DNA of 64,000 nucleotides from a bacterium (lineage in GTDB: Bacteria; J088; JAWLBW01), in assembly GCA_041690355.1 (NCBI GenBank), contig JAWLHK010000025.1, forward strand, positions 1-64,000, in the 5' to 3' direction. Of the stretch, positions 1 to 9,574 are shown piece after piece; position 1 is the stretch's first letter, and every line of letters starts with the position of its first letter. Under the pieces are notes generated by a model. That model made no database searches. It was given only the letters and a program-made list of their open reading frames with translations, and was not told the DNA's origin. The position numbers and the translations under genes were made by a program.

Positions 1-104
1 CCCGAAGCGGCCGGAATATCGGTCCTTCTTACACCCCGGCTGCACGGCAGTAACGCCCGCCGCAGGCGCCTGCGGCGGGCCGCATGGTATCCTGTTGTGT
101 TTTC

Positions 105-2555
105 ATGGGCGCCGAATCTGCATGGGAAGAGCTTGTCCGGTACGTCGAAGTGGCCGTCGCGCTGCCGCTGGCGGAGACGTACACCTATAAGCTCCCCCCG
201 TCGTTCGGCGACCTGGCCCGGGGGCAGCGGCTCCTGGTTCCCTTCGGTCCGCGGCGCGTGACCGCCTTTGTGCTCGCGGTTCACGACACGCTCCCCGAGG
301 GGCTCGAGGACGTGCGCCTCAAGGAGCCCATCGATACCCTCGAGGACGAGACTTTCTTCGACGAAACCCTGCTCGAGCTGCTCGCCTGGGTTTCGCGGTA
401 CTACCGGCATCCGCTCGGCGAGGTGCTGGCGGGCGCCCTCCCCGGCGACACGAACGTCGCCTCGCGCAAGGTGTACATTCTGACCGAAGAGGGGCAGGAG
501 GCCGCCGGGCGAGAACCCGATGCGCTGGCCCGCGAGGTGCTCGGCCACATCGGCTCGAAGAAGGCCGGCGTGACGCCGCGCCAGCTTCTGGCCCGCTATG
601 CCGCCCTGCGCCCGGGAACGCTCGCGGCCTGGGAGCGCCGGGGCTGGATTGAAACGCACCAGGCCGATCGCGGAAAGCGGATGCCGACCGAAAAAGTGTT
701 CCGCTGCGATCCCAAGGGGCTCGACATCGGCATGGATGCGCTCTCGCCCAAGGCCCGGCGCCTTCTCTCCTATGTCATGGCCCAGGGCGAGGCGACGGTG
801 GCCGAACTCCAGTCGAACTACGGCAGCGTCGCCTCGAGCCTGAAGACGCTCGAGAAGCGGGGCCTGCTCGTGCCCGGCGTGCGCGAGAAGGCGCATGCGG
901 GCTATGTGCCCGACATGGACCTGACGGGGACGGCTGCCGACGACCTCGCGCTCAACGTGGACCAGCAGCTCGCATTCGACCGGATTGCGACCGACATCGC
1001 CGACCAGGTATTCGCGCCGGCGCTGCTGCAGGGGGTGACGGGGAGCGGCAAGACCGAGGTCTACATCCGCCTGGCCGAACGCGCGCTGGCCGAGGGGCGC
1101 AGTGTGCTCGTCCTCGTCCCCGAAATCGCGCTCACGCCGCAGCTGATCGCGCGATTCGCCTCACGTCTCCACCAGCCGATCGCAGTGCTCCACTCTGCGC
1201 TCGGGTCCACCGCCCGCTTCGACATGTTCCGCAAGGCCGCGCGGGGCGAGGCGCGGGTGGTCATCGGCGCCCGTTCTGCCGTCTTCGCCCCGCTGAAGAA
1301 CATCGGCCTCATCGTCGTCGATGAGGAACACGAGCATTCCTACAAGCAGGAAGAGGCGCCGCGCTACCATGCGCGGGACACGGCGCTCATGCGCGGCAAG
1401 CTGAGCGGATGTCCTGTGGTGCTCGGCAGCGCCACGCCGAGCCTCGAGAGCCGCTATAACAGCGACCGCGGGCGCTATACGCGCTCCTTTCTTCCGCGCC
1501 GGGCGACGACGCAGACGCTCGCGCGCATCGAGGTGGTCGACCTGCGCGAGTCGCTGTTCGTCGATGAAAGCCAGTTCATCAGCCGCCCGCTGTTCGACGC
1601 CCTGCGCGAAACGCTCGAGGCGAAGGAGCAGGCGATCATCTTTCAGAATCGCCGCGGTTACGCGCCGTACGTCATCTGCAAGGACTGCGGCCAGTTCGTC
1701 TACTGCCCCGAATGCTCGGTATCGCTCGTCTATCACCGGACGCGCGACCGTCTGCACTGCCACTACTGCGCCTTCGACACACCGATGCCGTCAAGTTGTC
1801 CGCAGTGCCAGGGGGTGCACTTCAAGCTGATGGGTAGCGGCACGCAGCGGGTTGAAGAGAGCCTGCTCGCCCTGTTTCCCGATGCGCGTATCGAGCGGAT
1901 GGATCGCGACTCAGTCAGCGGCAAGGATGCGCACCAGGACATCCTCTCGCGCCTGAGCCGCGGCGAGATCGACATCCTCGTGGGGACGCAGATGCTGACC
2001 AAGGGCTTCGACTTTCCCGGGATCACGCTGGTGGGCGTGCTGCTGGCCGACGCGGGGCTGAGCATGCCCGACTTCCGCGCGGCCGAGCGTTCTTTTCAGA
2101 CGCTCGTGCAGGTGGCGGGACGCGCCGGGCGGGGCGACCGGCCGGGGCGCGTCCTCTTCCAGACGATGCAGCCCGAGAATCCGACCTTGCGGGCAGCCGT
2201 CCTGCAGGACTATGAGCGGTTTTACGCGGAAGAGCTGGGGCGCCGGCGCGATCATGGGTTTCCGCCGTTCATGCGCCAGATGCGCCTGCTGGTCAGCGCC
2301 CCTGACGGACGCGAGGCGGCGGCCTTCTGCGTCGCCGTCTTCGCGAAGTTGCAGAAACTGGTCGACGAGGGGCTGCGCATCATGGGGCCCAACCCGGCGC
2401 CGGTGGAACGCATCAAGGGACGCTTTCGGTGGCACCTGCTTCTTCAGGCGACGAAGATTGAGCTGCTCGTTCGCGCTGCCGAAATCATCGAACGCATGGA
2501 GCGCGGCAAGGAGCCGCAGATCGTCCTGGACGTGGATCCCTTGTCGATGCTCTAG
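105..2555 (+). CDS. priA: Primosomal protein N' (replication restart helicase)
   Basis: N-terminal YVEVAV..PL..YTY and VPFG.R motifs, Walker A GVTGSGKT, VVDEEH, GSATPS, two CxxC/CxxC zinc knuckles, QVAGRAGR. The ORF opens at 84; exact start uncertain. Confidence 0.97.
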   Translation: MGAESAWEELVRYVEVAVALPLAETYTYKLPPSFGDLARGQRLLVPFGPRRVTAFVLAVHDTLPEGLEDVRLKEPIDTLEDETFFDETLLELLAWVSRYYRHPLGEVLAGALPGDTNVASRKVYILTEEGQEAAGREPDALAREVLGHIGSKKAGVTPRQLLARYAALRPGTLAAWERRGWIETHQADRGKRMPTEKVFRCDPKGLDIGMDALSPKARRLLSYVMAQGEATVAELQSNYGSVASSLKTLEKRGLLVPGVREKAHAGYVPDMDLTGTAADDLALNVDQQLAFDRIATDIADQVFAPALLQGVTGSGKTEVYIRLAERALAEGRSVLVLVPEIALTPQLIARFASRLHQPIAVLHSALGSTARFDMFRKAARGEARVVIGARSAVFAPLKNIGLIVVDEEHEHSYKQEEAPRYHARDTALMRGKLSGCPVVLGSATPSLESRYNSDRGRYTRSFLPRRATTQTLARIEVVDLRESLFVDESQFISRPLFDALRETLEAKEQAIIFQNRRGYAPYVICKDCGQFVYCPECSVSLVYHRTRDRLHCHYCAFDTPMPSSCPQCQGVHFKLMGSGTQRVEESLLALFPDARIERMDRDSVSGKDAHQDILSRLSRGEIDILVGTQMLTKGFDFPGITLVGVLLADAGLSMPDFRAAERSFQTLVQVAGRAGRGDRPGRVLFQTMQPENPTLRAAVLQDYERFYAEELGRRRDHGFPPFMRQMRLLVSAPDGREAAAFCVAVFAKLQKLVDEGLRIMGPNPAPVERIKGRFRWHLLLQATKIELLVRAAEIIERMERGKEPQIVLDVDPLSML

Positions 2556-2602
2556 AAAATGCCCCATGCCCGATGATCGATGGCAGGGCGAAGGAGGATG
2601 TC

Positions 2603-2995
2603 GTGAAAGATACGCACTCGAAGTGGCTTGGATACGCCTTCTGGCTGCTGGGGTTCACCGGCGCGCATCGGTTCTACTACGGCAGGCGCGTGACCGGAAC
2701 CATCTGGTTCTTCACGGCCGGCCTGCTGCTCGTCGGCTGGATTGTGGACCTGTTCCTGATTCCTTCCATGGAACGCGACGCCGAGCGCCGGTTCAGCGAG
2801 GGCGGCATCGATTACGATCTCGCCTGGCTGCTGCTGACGTTTCTCGGGCTCTTCGGCGTGCACCGGATGTATCTGGGCAAGTGGTGGACGGCCGTGCTCT
2901 ACCTGCTCACCGGGGGCCTGTTCGGCATGGGCTGGCTCTACGATCTGTGGACGCTGAATCAGCAGATCGATGAGATCAACGCGCAGCCGGCGTGA
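2603..2995 (+). CDS. TM2-domain (NINE family) small membrane protein with two TM2 repeats
   Basis: Two G..G.HRFY/HRMY.G motifs followed by hydrophobic segments. AAGGAGG at 2591-2597 precedes GTG 2603. Confidence 0.85.
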   Translation: MKDTHSKWLGYAFWLLGFTGAHRFYYGRRVTGTIWFFTAGLLLVGWIVDLFLIPSMERDAERRFSEGGIDYDLAWLLLTFLGLFGVHRMYLGKWWTAVLYLLTGGLFGMGWLYDLWTLNQQIDEINAQPA

Positions 2996-3029
2996 GCCTG
3001 AGAAAGCGCCAAGTGCTGAGCGCCGGTTC

Positions 3030-3071
3030 GGGCGCTGGACGCTAGACGCTGGACGCTAGACGCTGGACGCT
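3030..3071. repeat. 7-bp tandem repeat (RGACGCT-like, 6 units)
   Basis: gggcgct ggacgct agacgct ggacgct agacgct ggacgct, read directly. Confidence 0.9.
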
Positions 3072-3270
3072 GGGGAAGGCAAGAGCACTGGGAGCTCCTT
3101 CAACACGAGGGACGAGTCACCCGTTCGTCCCGAGCTGACGGGCCCTAGCGGCAGTGAGGCCGACAGCGAGGGAGGCACAGACATGCACGGGCCTGTCTCG
3201 CCGTCGCGGTCCGTTCTACTCCCCGCCGTCGGCTCGACACGAACGGAAGCGCTTTGATGACGACGGCAAT

Positions 3271-4773
3271 TCAGATCCCCACGAGCCGCAGCATGAACCG
3301 CAGGCGCTTGCGCACCGCCGGCGTGTAGGGGAACCACCAGAGGTCGCGCAGCGAGGTGAACCGGTTCGTGTGGATGTGCTGCGGGCGCACGAACTCATGC
3401 ATCCCGAGGCTTCCGTGCGTCCACCCCAGACCGCTGTCCTTGCGGCCGCCCCAGGGGGTCTGCACGAGGCCGAAGGTATAGGTCGTCTCGTTGATCATCA
3501 CCGTGCCGCACTCGATGCGCCGGGCGAGCCGCTGGGCGCGGGCGAAATCGCGCGTCCACACGCTGGCCGTGAGCCCGAGCGTGCTGTCGTTCGCCAAGGC
3601 GACGACCTGCTCATCCGTATCGAAGGGCATGATCGGCAGCAGCGGCCCGAAGGTCTCCTTGCTCATGCAGTCCATGCGGTGGTCGACGTTCACCAGTACC
3701 GTGGGCGGATAGAAGAACCCTTTGCCTTCGGGGAGCGCGCCGCCCGTGAGCGCCTTCGCGCCCATTTCCAGGGCCTGCGCGACCTGCCGGTGTACGCGAT
3801 CGCGCTCGGGGGCGCGGGTCATCGGTCCGATCTCGACGTCGGGTGAAAGCCCCTCGCCCTGACGCAAGGCGCGCGTCTTCGCCACCACGGCCTCGACGAA
3901 CTTTTCATACAGCGGCCGTTCCACGTAGCAACGCTCGACCGCGGCGCACGTCTGCCCGCTGTTCATGAAGGCGCCCCAGACGATGGCGTCGACCGCCGTC
4001 TCGAAGTTGCAGTCCGCGAACACCACGGCGGGCGCCTTGCCGCCGAGCTCGAGCTGGACGGGAATCATGCGTTCGGTGGCGGCCACGCCGATGCGCTTGC
4101 CGGTGGCCACGGCCCCCGTGAAGGCGATTTTGTCGGGTCCGGCTTCGATGAGCGCGGCCCCCACGTCGCCGGCGCCGTGCACGATCTGGAGGATATCCTG
4201 CGGCACGCCGGCTTCGTGCAGAAGCTCGACCATGCGCTGTCCCGTGAGCGGCGTGACTTCGCTGGGCTTGAGGACGACTGCGTTTCCGCACAGGAGCGCC
4301 TGCAGGCACTCGCCCGTGGGGATCGAGAACGGATAGTTCCACGGCGAGATGATGGCGACCACGCCGTACGGGGCGAACTCGAGGCGGCTGCCGCGGCCCA
4401 TGAGGATCGCCTTGCCGAGACCGATGCGGTGGCCGCGCAGCGCCTTGCGCGACATGCCGATGAGCGGCCGGATCCAGTCGACGACCCCCATGACGTCGGC
4501 CACGAGCGCCTCGGTCACCGGCTTGCCGTTTTCCTTGGAAATCAGTTCTGCAAGCGCATCGCTCTCGCGCACAAGGATCTTCTGGAAGCGCTTCATGATG
4601 CGCGCGCGTTCACGGTGGGGCAGGGCGGCCCAGGTGGGCTGCGCGGCGCGGGCGCGGGCCATGCGGTCGGGCATCGAGGCCGGATCGGTGAGGGGCACCT
4701 GGCCCACCGGTTCTTCGGTGGCCGGGTTGGTGCTCACGAGAACATCGAGTGCGGGGGCGAGTGTGGTCGACAT
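3271..4773 (-). CDS. NAD(P)-dependent aldehyde dehydrogenase
   Basis: ISPWNYP, LKPSE, FTGA..G, LELGGK, catalytic Cys in NSGQTC, ETFGP. AAGGAG SD precedes ATG 4773. Confidence 0.95.
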   Translation of the reverse strand: MSTTLAPALDVLVSTNPATEEPVGQVPLTDPASMPDRMARARAAQPTWAALPHRERARIMKRFQKILVRESDALAELISKENGKPVTEALVADVMGVVDWIRPLIGMSRKALRGHRIGLGKAILMGRGSRLEFAPYGVVAIISPWNYPFSIPTGECLQALLCGNAVVLKPSEVTPLTGQRMVELLHEAGVPQDILQIVHGAGDVGAALIEAGPDKIAFTGAVATGKRIGVAATERMIPVQLELGGKAPAVVFADCNFETAVDAIVWGAFMNSGQTCAAVERCYVERPLYEKFVEAVVAKTRALRQGEGLSPDVEIGPMTRAPERDRVHRQVAQALEMGAKALTGGALPEGKGFFYPPTVLVNVDHRMDCMSKETFGPLLPIMPFDTDEQVVALANDSTLGLTASVWTRDFARAQRLARRIECGTVMINETTYTFGLVQTPWGGRKDSGLGWTHGSLGMHEFVRPQHIHTNRFTSLRDLWWFPYTPAVRKRLRFMLRLVGI

Positions 4774-4795
4774 GGCTTCTCTCCTTGTGGGCCGC

Positions 4796-5449
4796 TCAGC
4801 CGCGGCTTCGGGTTCGGGGGCCGGCGACGGCGCGCGGCTTCGTGAAGTCGACCACAGTGCCGTTCTGCAGCATCGGTTCGAGCATGCGGCGGATGGTCGA
4901 CAGCGCGCCGGCTTCCGGAAGAAAAACGTGTTGCACGTAGGCACCCTTGATGGCGCCGATGACGAAGGTCCGCACGGCCCGGCGTCGGGCCGGGGGCGTC
5001 TGCCGCCACCAGGGAAATGCGGCGAGCACGCGTTCGAGCGCGTCGTGAAAGCCCTGCAGGTAAACGCGCATGCCGTGGGCGACCTCGGGGTTCGTCAGCG
5101 CCTCGGACTCCATCTGCAGGAAAATGCGGATGCCGCGATCGAGCGTCTCCGATTCGGTCACGAGCACGTCGAACAGGCGCGCGAGCCGCTGCTCGGCCGG
5201 CGCGTCGCCGTGCGTGACCTGCCAGAGCGCGTCGTTGTAATGCTCGAGCATGCGCCACTGCAGCGAGAGGATCATCTCGGTCTTGTCGGCGAAGTAGTAG
5301 TGCAGAAGCCCCTGGCTCAAGCCGGCGCGGAGGGCGAGATCCTTGACGTTGATGCGCGGAAAGCCGAGTTCGAGGATCGCGTCTTCGAGGGCATCGAGGA
5401 TGCGCGCGCGGCGTTCGGCGACCTGAGCGGGGTTGACGGTGCGTGCCAT
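4796..5449 (-). CDS. TetR/AcrR family transcriptional regulator
   Basis: N-terminal HTH: ILDA...G....VKDLA..AGLSQGLLHYYF.DK. Confidence 0.93.
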   Translation of the reverse strand: MARTVNPAQVAERRARILDALEDAILELGFPRINVKDLALRAGLSQGLLHYYFADKTEMILSLQWRMLEHYNDALWQVTHGDAPAEQRLARLFDVLVTESETLDRGIRIFLQMESEALTNPEVAHGMRVYLQGFHDALERVLAAFPWWRQTPPARRRAVRTFVIGAIKGAYVQHVFLPEAGALSTIRRMLEPMLQNGTVVDFTKPRAVAGPRTRSRG

Positions 5450-5475
5450 GAATAATTAATTGGTCGTTCACTCAA

Positions 5476-5504
5476 TTTATACAGGGCAAGCCCTCTGATG
5501 TCAA
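5476..5504 (-). promoter_or_regulatory. Sigma70-like promoter of tetR-aldh, with a probable operator
   Basis: Minus strand TTGACA-N17-TATAAA. Imperfect inverted repeat AATTG-N10-CAATT at 5458-5477 overlaps the predicted start site. Confidence 0.7.
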
Positions 5505-5606
5505 GCCGGAGTGTATCCGTGTTCCGGCCAACCGGTTGCATCCCATAGGCCGAACTCGGTCGAACCCGCTTCCGGAGCGGGCTTTCTACCCGTTGCGCGC
5601 ATTCGC

Positions 5607-5635
5607 TTGACAGCCCCGCTCGACTCTGGCATGCT
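5607..5635 (+). promoter_or_regulatory. Putative sigma70-like promoter
   Basis: TTGACA-N17-CATGCT with TG upstream of the -10. Confidence 0.45.
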
Positions 5636-5865
5636 TTCTTCAAGCGCCGATTTGATCATCAGCTTGCGGGCGCTCAATAAATACGGCTAAAGCGGTTCGA
5701 AGACCCGTTTTCAGCCGATGCTGTGAACGGGAATTTTTTTGTCCCATCGCCGAGTTAATCGACAACTTGCGGGCGATTCATAAATGCAGCTAAAGCGACG
5801 TCAGTGCCGTCACCCCGCGGTCTGGCTGCGCAGCCAAACGTTCGGGGATCTGTACGGAGTCCATC

Positions 5866-6327
5866 ATGACGGCACTTGCTTCCTTTGCGTCCACCACGGC
5901 CCGCGCGGCCACCCCGCTTTTCAGCGTCCCGAAGGCCAACCTCGGCTTTCTGCACGGCGTCGACATCGACGGTTTCGGCCCGGCCGGCCAGAACCTGCCC
6001 GGTCACCTGCGCGCTTTTCTTGCCCGTGAGCGCACGGCAAACTGGGCGCTGCTGACGGCGGCCGATCCGCATGGCTGGTCGCTCTCCGAGACCGAGAACC
6101 GCCTGCGCTTTCAGGAATTGTGCACGCGCGTGCGCCACGAGGGGCACTCCTTCATTCCCGTGAAGGCGACGCTGAACGGCCGGGCCGTCGACGCCGTCTT
6201 CGTTCCGGGAATTCCCGAAGCGACCGCGAAGCGCCTCGGCGTCTATTTCGCGCAGCGGCAGGTACTGGTGGGGTCCCAGGGAGTAGGGCGCCTCGTTGCC
6301 TGCGAAGCGATTCACTTCGCGATCTGA
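5866..6327 (+). CDS. DUF3293-like protein
   Basis: WALLTA.DP.G......EN...L and A..LG..F.Q..V pattern; GGAG SD. Confidence 0.6.
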   Translation: MTALASFASTTARAATPLFSVPKANLGFLHGVDIDGFGPAGQNLPGHLRAFLARERTANWALLTAADPHGWSLSETENRLRFQELCTRVRHEGHSFIPVKATLNGRAVDAVFVPGIPEATAKRLGVYFAQRQVLVGSQGVGRLVACEAIHFAI

Positions 6328-6385
6328 GTTTCCGCACGCGGGATTGAGGGCAATGCGCCCTCAATCCCGGTACGCGGAATGTGGA

Positions 6386-7900
6386 TCAGAGCGTTTCTGC
6401 GACGTAATCGCCGGCCAGGCGCGCGGCGGCCATGATCGTGATCTGCGGATTCACGCCCAGGCAGTCGGGGAAAATGGAGGCGTCGGCCACGAACACGTTG
6501 GGCGCCTTGTGCAGGTTGAACTGCGGGCTCACCGGTCCGCGTTTCGGGTCCTGGTGAATGCGCACGGTCGCCTGCGGGTGGCTCGCATAGGTCTGCAGCT
6601 GCGAGGCGTGCGTGACGTGCTTGAGCGTGCGCTCGAGTTCGGCCATGGAGCGGACGGGCCCCCCACCCTTGATGCCCGGAATGACCGCCGCGGCCCCTTC
6701 GGTGAAGTAGGCTTCGGCCACGGCCATCATCCCGCGCCGCAGACGGCGGATGTCGTTCTCGGCGTAGTGGTACTTGATGGTCGCCTTGCCGAAGGGTCCG
6801 TTCTTGACCGTGCCTTCGCCCTCGTCGTGAATCATGCACCCGCTGAGCGCGAGGTGGGGCATCATGCGCATCCACTCAAAGGTGTCGACGTCGAGGCCGG
6901 TGGCCGCGCCGAACCAGATGGCCGGCCCGATGGAGGCGGCCGATTCCAGCAGAATCCCCTCGTCCATGAACTGGTCGCTGTAGATCCCCTGCGTGACCCC
7001 GTTCCACATCTCGATACGACGGTCGGGGAAGTACCCGAAGACGCCGACGGGGGGATGGATCTTGAGGCCGCGCCCGATGCCTTCGTCGGGCCCGCCGAGC
7101 CCGCTGCGCTGCAGCAGCAGCGGCGTATCGATGGCGCCGGCGCAGACGACGACGGCCCTGGCGGCGATCGAGAAGGAACCGCGCTCGGTGTGGCTGTCCT
7201 CTTCGATCAGGGTCCCCTCGACGCCGGTGGCGACCCCTTTCTTCATGCGGATGCGATCGACGCGGGCCCGCGTGAGCACGCGCATGCCCCGCTCCATCCC
7301 CTCGACGATCTGTGCCTTGTCGACGCTGTACTTGCCGCCTGACGGGCAGCCCCAGTTACAGACGCCGCAGCCGACGCAGGTGGGCGCATTGCGGGGAATG
7401 GTGGCCACGTGCCAGCCCATCTTCTGATAGGCCGAGCGGGTCGTCAGGTTATGGGTATTGAGGACGTGATCGGGGTTCGGAGCGACCTTCATGTACGACT
7501 CGACCCAGCCGAAGAGCGGATCGATGACGTCGGGTTCGGCCCAGTGAATGCCCTGGTCGCGCACGAAACCGTCGAGGATGTGACGCGGCGAGCGGAAGCA
7601 GATGCCGCTGTTCACGACGGTCGAGCCGCCGAGCGTCTTGGCTGCGAGCAGGGGAAAATTGGCGTCGCCGCTCACGAGCCGCATGCCGCTCTCATGGTAG
7701 AGCATCGGCAGGGCGACCGCGTCTTCCTGCGAAAAATCCTGCGGCTTCTTGTCACCGCCGTATTCCAGCACGAGCACCTTGAGCCCTTTTTCGGCGAGGC
7801 GCAGCGCGGTGTTCGCGCCGCCGGCCCCCGAGCCCACGACCACGACGTCGACGGTGTCGCGGAAGGGTCCCTCAATCTTGCTGCCGACGAGCAGGTTCAC
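6386..7900 (-). CDS. GMC family oxidoreductase (long-chain alcohol oxidase-like)
   Basis: DVVVVGSGAGG FAD motif, LGGSTVVNSG, CVGCGVCNWGC, V.DAS.FP..LGVNP..TI. The GTG start overlaps the upstream TGA (GTGA). Confidence 0.92.
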   Translation of the reverse strand: MNLLVGSKIEGPFRDTVDVVVVGSGAGGANTALRLAEKGLKVLVLEYGGDKKPQDFSQEDAVALPMLYHESGMRLVSGDANFPLLAAKTLGGSTVVNSGICFRSPRHILDGFVRDQGIHWAEPDVIDPLFGWVESYMKVAPNPDHVLNTHNLTTRSAYQKMGWHVATIPRNAPTCVGCGVCNWGCPSGGKYSVDKAQIVEGMERGMRVLTRARVDRIRMKKGVATGVEGTLIEEDSHTERGSFSIAARAVVVCAGAIDTPLLLQRSGLGGPDEGIGRGLKIHPPVGVFGYFPDRRIEMWNGVTQGIYSDQFMDEGILLESAASIGPAIWFGAATGLDVDTFEWMRMMPHLALSGCMIHDEGEGTVKNGPFGKATIKYHYAENDIRRLRRGMMAVAEAYFTEGAAAVIPGIKGGGPVRSMAELERTLKHVTHASQLQTYASHPQATVRIHQDPKRGPVSPQFNLHKAPNVFVADASIFPDCLGVNPQITIMAAARLAGDYVAETL

Positions 7901-8493
7901 GCGTGGGCCCCCTTGGAGAGCAGCGAAGGGCCCGCGGGCGGGCACGGCTCGATGATGCCGATGGCCTTCTTCACAGCAGGGTGGGCGAAGTAGGCCATGC
8001 CGATGACCGTGCGCAGCGAAAGCGCCAGGTCGCGGCGGAATCCGAGGCGGCTCGTTTCCCAGTCGCGGATATAGGCGCGGGCTTCGTCGGGATTCATCAG
8101 GCGCGCCGGCTTGAAGCGCCGTCCGAGAAAGGAGCCCTGGTCATAGACCCAGAACAGCGAGCGCACGATCTTCTGATCGATGGGCGAAAGCAGGCCGAGG
8201 TAGCGGTCGACATACCCGGCGACGTCGGCTTCGCGCGCGTCGATGCCGAAGGGATTGCCGGGGGGGAAGAATCCGAGTGCGAGCGCCTGTACGGCCGCGA
8301 GTTCGCCGCGGGTCATGACGCCGTCTTCGAGTGCCGGGGCGCCGTCGGGCAGGGCGGCAAGGCGGTACCCAAGCGCGCCAATCGTCAGCAGGCCGGCGCC
8401 GAAAAGACCGCCGCGCAGAAAGGTGCGCCGCGAGACCTCGGGGGCCTTCTCGGTCTGCGGAGCCTGTGGCGCTGGGGTTTGTGTCACACTCAT
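7897..8493 (-). CDS. Gluconate 2-dehydrogenase subunit 3-like protein with Tat signal
   Basis: SRRTFL twin-arginine motif, C-terminal ..YF.HP.V..AIG, translationally coupled to the GMC gene. Confidence 0.75.
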   Translation of the reverse strand: MSVTQTPAPQAPQTEKAPEVSRRTFLRGGLFGAGLLTIGALGYRLAALPDGAPALEDGVMTRGELAAVQALALGFFPPGNPFGIDAREADVAGYVDRYLGLLSPIDQKIVRSLFWVYDQGSFLGRRFKPARLMNPDEARAYIRDWETSRLGFRRDLALSLRTVIGMAYFAHPAVKKAIGIIEPCPPAGPSLLSKGAHA

Positions 8494-8582
8494 GAACCTT
8501 GATTTTCTCAGGTTCCCCGAGCGGGTGCAAACCCGCCGGACGGGCCGTAGTGCGGACTGTCGGCCAAGCGAAAAATGAACGA

Positions 8583-9479
8583 CTAGAATTCCTCGAGATG
8601 CAGCAGGCGCGCACCATTCTCGAAGAGAATCTTCCGCTCGGCCTTTCTGTCCCCCGTGGTGACCTTGCGCACGATTGCAATCTCGGTTTTCGTCTCGCTC
8701 GCCGGCCAGTCGCTTCCCAGAAGGAGCCGATCCGGGCCCACTTCGCGCAGTGCGCGCCGCAGAACGGGGGCCGGCTGGAAGCTGATCTCGAGGAACACGT
8801 TGGGGAATTGCTGCGCCATGCGGATGGCGGGATCCGCATCGAGCAGGCCCATGTGCCCGAGCACGATCGGCTGCCTGGGGAATGCGCGCGCAAGGGGAAT
8901 CAGACGTTCGGGATCCGCATGCGCGGGATCCTCCGGTTTCCGCCCGAGGTAGTAATGCATCCGCCCGGTGTGGAAGAGGGCAGGGACCTCATGGTCCCGC
9001 AATGTCTCGAAGACGGCGCGGATCCGTTCGTCCTCGGGGGCGACGTGCTGCATGATCGGGTGGATCTTGACGCCCCGGCACCCGGCCGCCAGATGAGGCC
9101 GCAGCTGCTGCGCCGGGTCGGGCTTTTCGAAGTCCACCGACGCGAACGGAATGATTTCCGGGGCGCCGCGCACGAGTTCGAGAAGATTCCGCGTGGTCGC
9201 CATCGGTTCCACCGGCAAGGCGCAGGCGTGGGTGACGCCGTTGGTCTGCATGGCCGCGCGGAACTTTTCGAGCGTGATTCCCTCGAAGCGGCTCTGCATC
9301 TCGCGCACGACGAACTGCATGGAGACGGGCGATTCAGCCTTCTTTACCGTCGGTGAAAAGCCGGTCTTCTCGTACAGGCGCCCCAGCCCGGTGCGCATCA
9401 GGGGCCGCAGAGCCGGCGGCACGCAGCACATGCCGTAGACGTTCTGCGCATGCGTGTGGAAGTCGAGTACAGGTTCCAC
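8583..9479 (-). CDS. Amidohydrolase family protein (Amidohydro_2)
   Basis: DFHTH, GVKIHP, LFHTG, LGHMG, LLGSDWP, ENGARL. Confidence 0.92.
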   Translation of the reverse strand: MEPVLDFHTHAQNVYGMCCVPPALRPLMRTGLGRLYEKTGFSPTVKKAESPVSMQFVVREMQSRFEGITLEKFRAAMQTNGVTHACALPVEPMATTRNLLELVRGAPEIIPFASVDFEKPDPAQQLRPHLAAGCRGVKIHPIMQHVAPEDERIRAVFETLRDHEVPALFHTGRMHYYLGRKPEDPAHADPERLIPLARAFPRQPIVLGHMGLLDADPAIRMAQQFPNVFLEISFQPAPVLRRALREVGPDRLLLGSDWPASETKTEIAIVRKVTTGDRKAERKILFENGARLLHLEEF

Positions 9480-9482
9480 GGA

Positions 9483-9549
9483 AGTGACGAGTTACGAGTG
9501 ACGAGTGAGCAACGAATTACCAGCTACAAGCTGCCAGCTACTATCTACG
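9483..9549. repeat. Degenerate 7-bp tandem repeats (AGTGACG / AGCTACN)
   Basis: agtgacg agttacg agtgacg ... agctaca agctgcc agctact atctacg. Confidence 0.75.
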
Positions 9550-9574
9550 TGATGCCAGCTAGCCTAAGGAAGTC

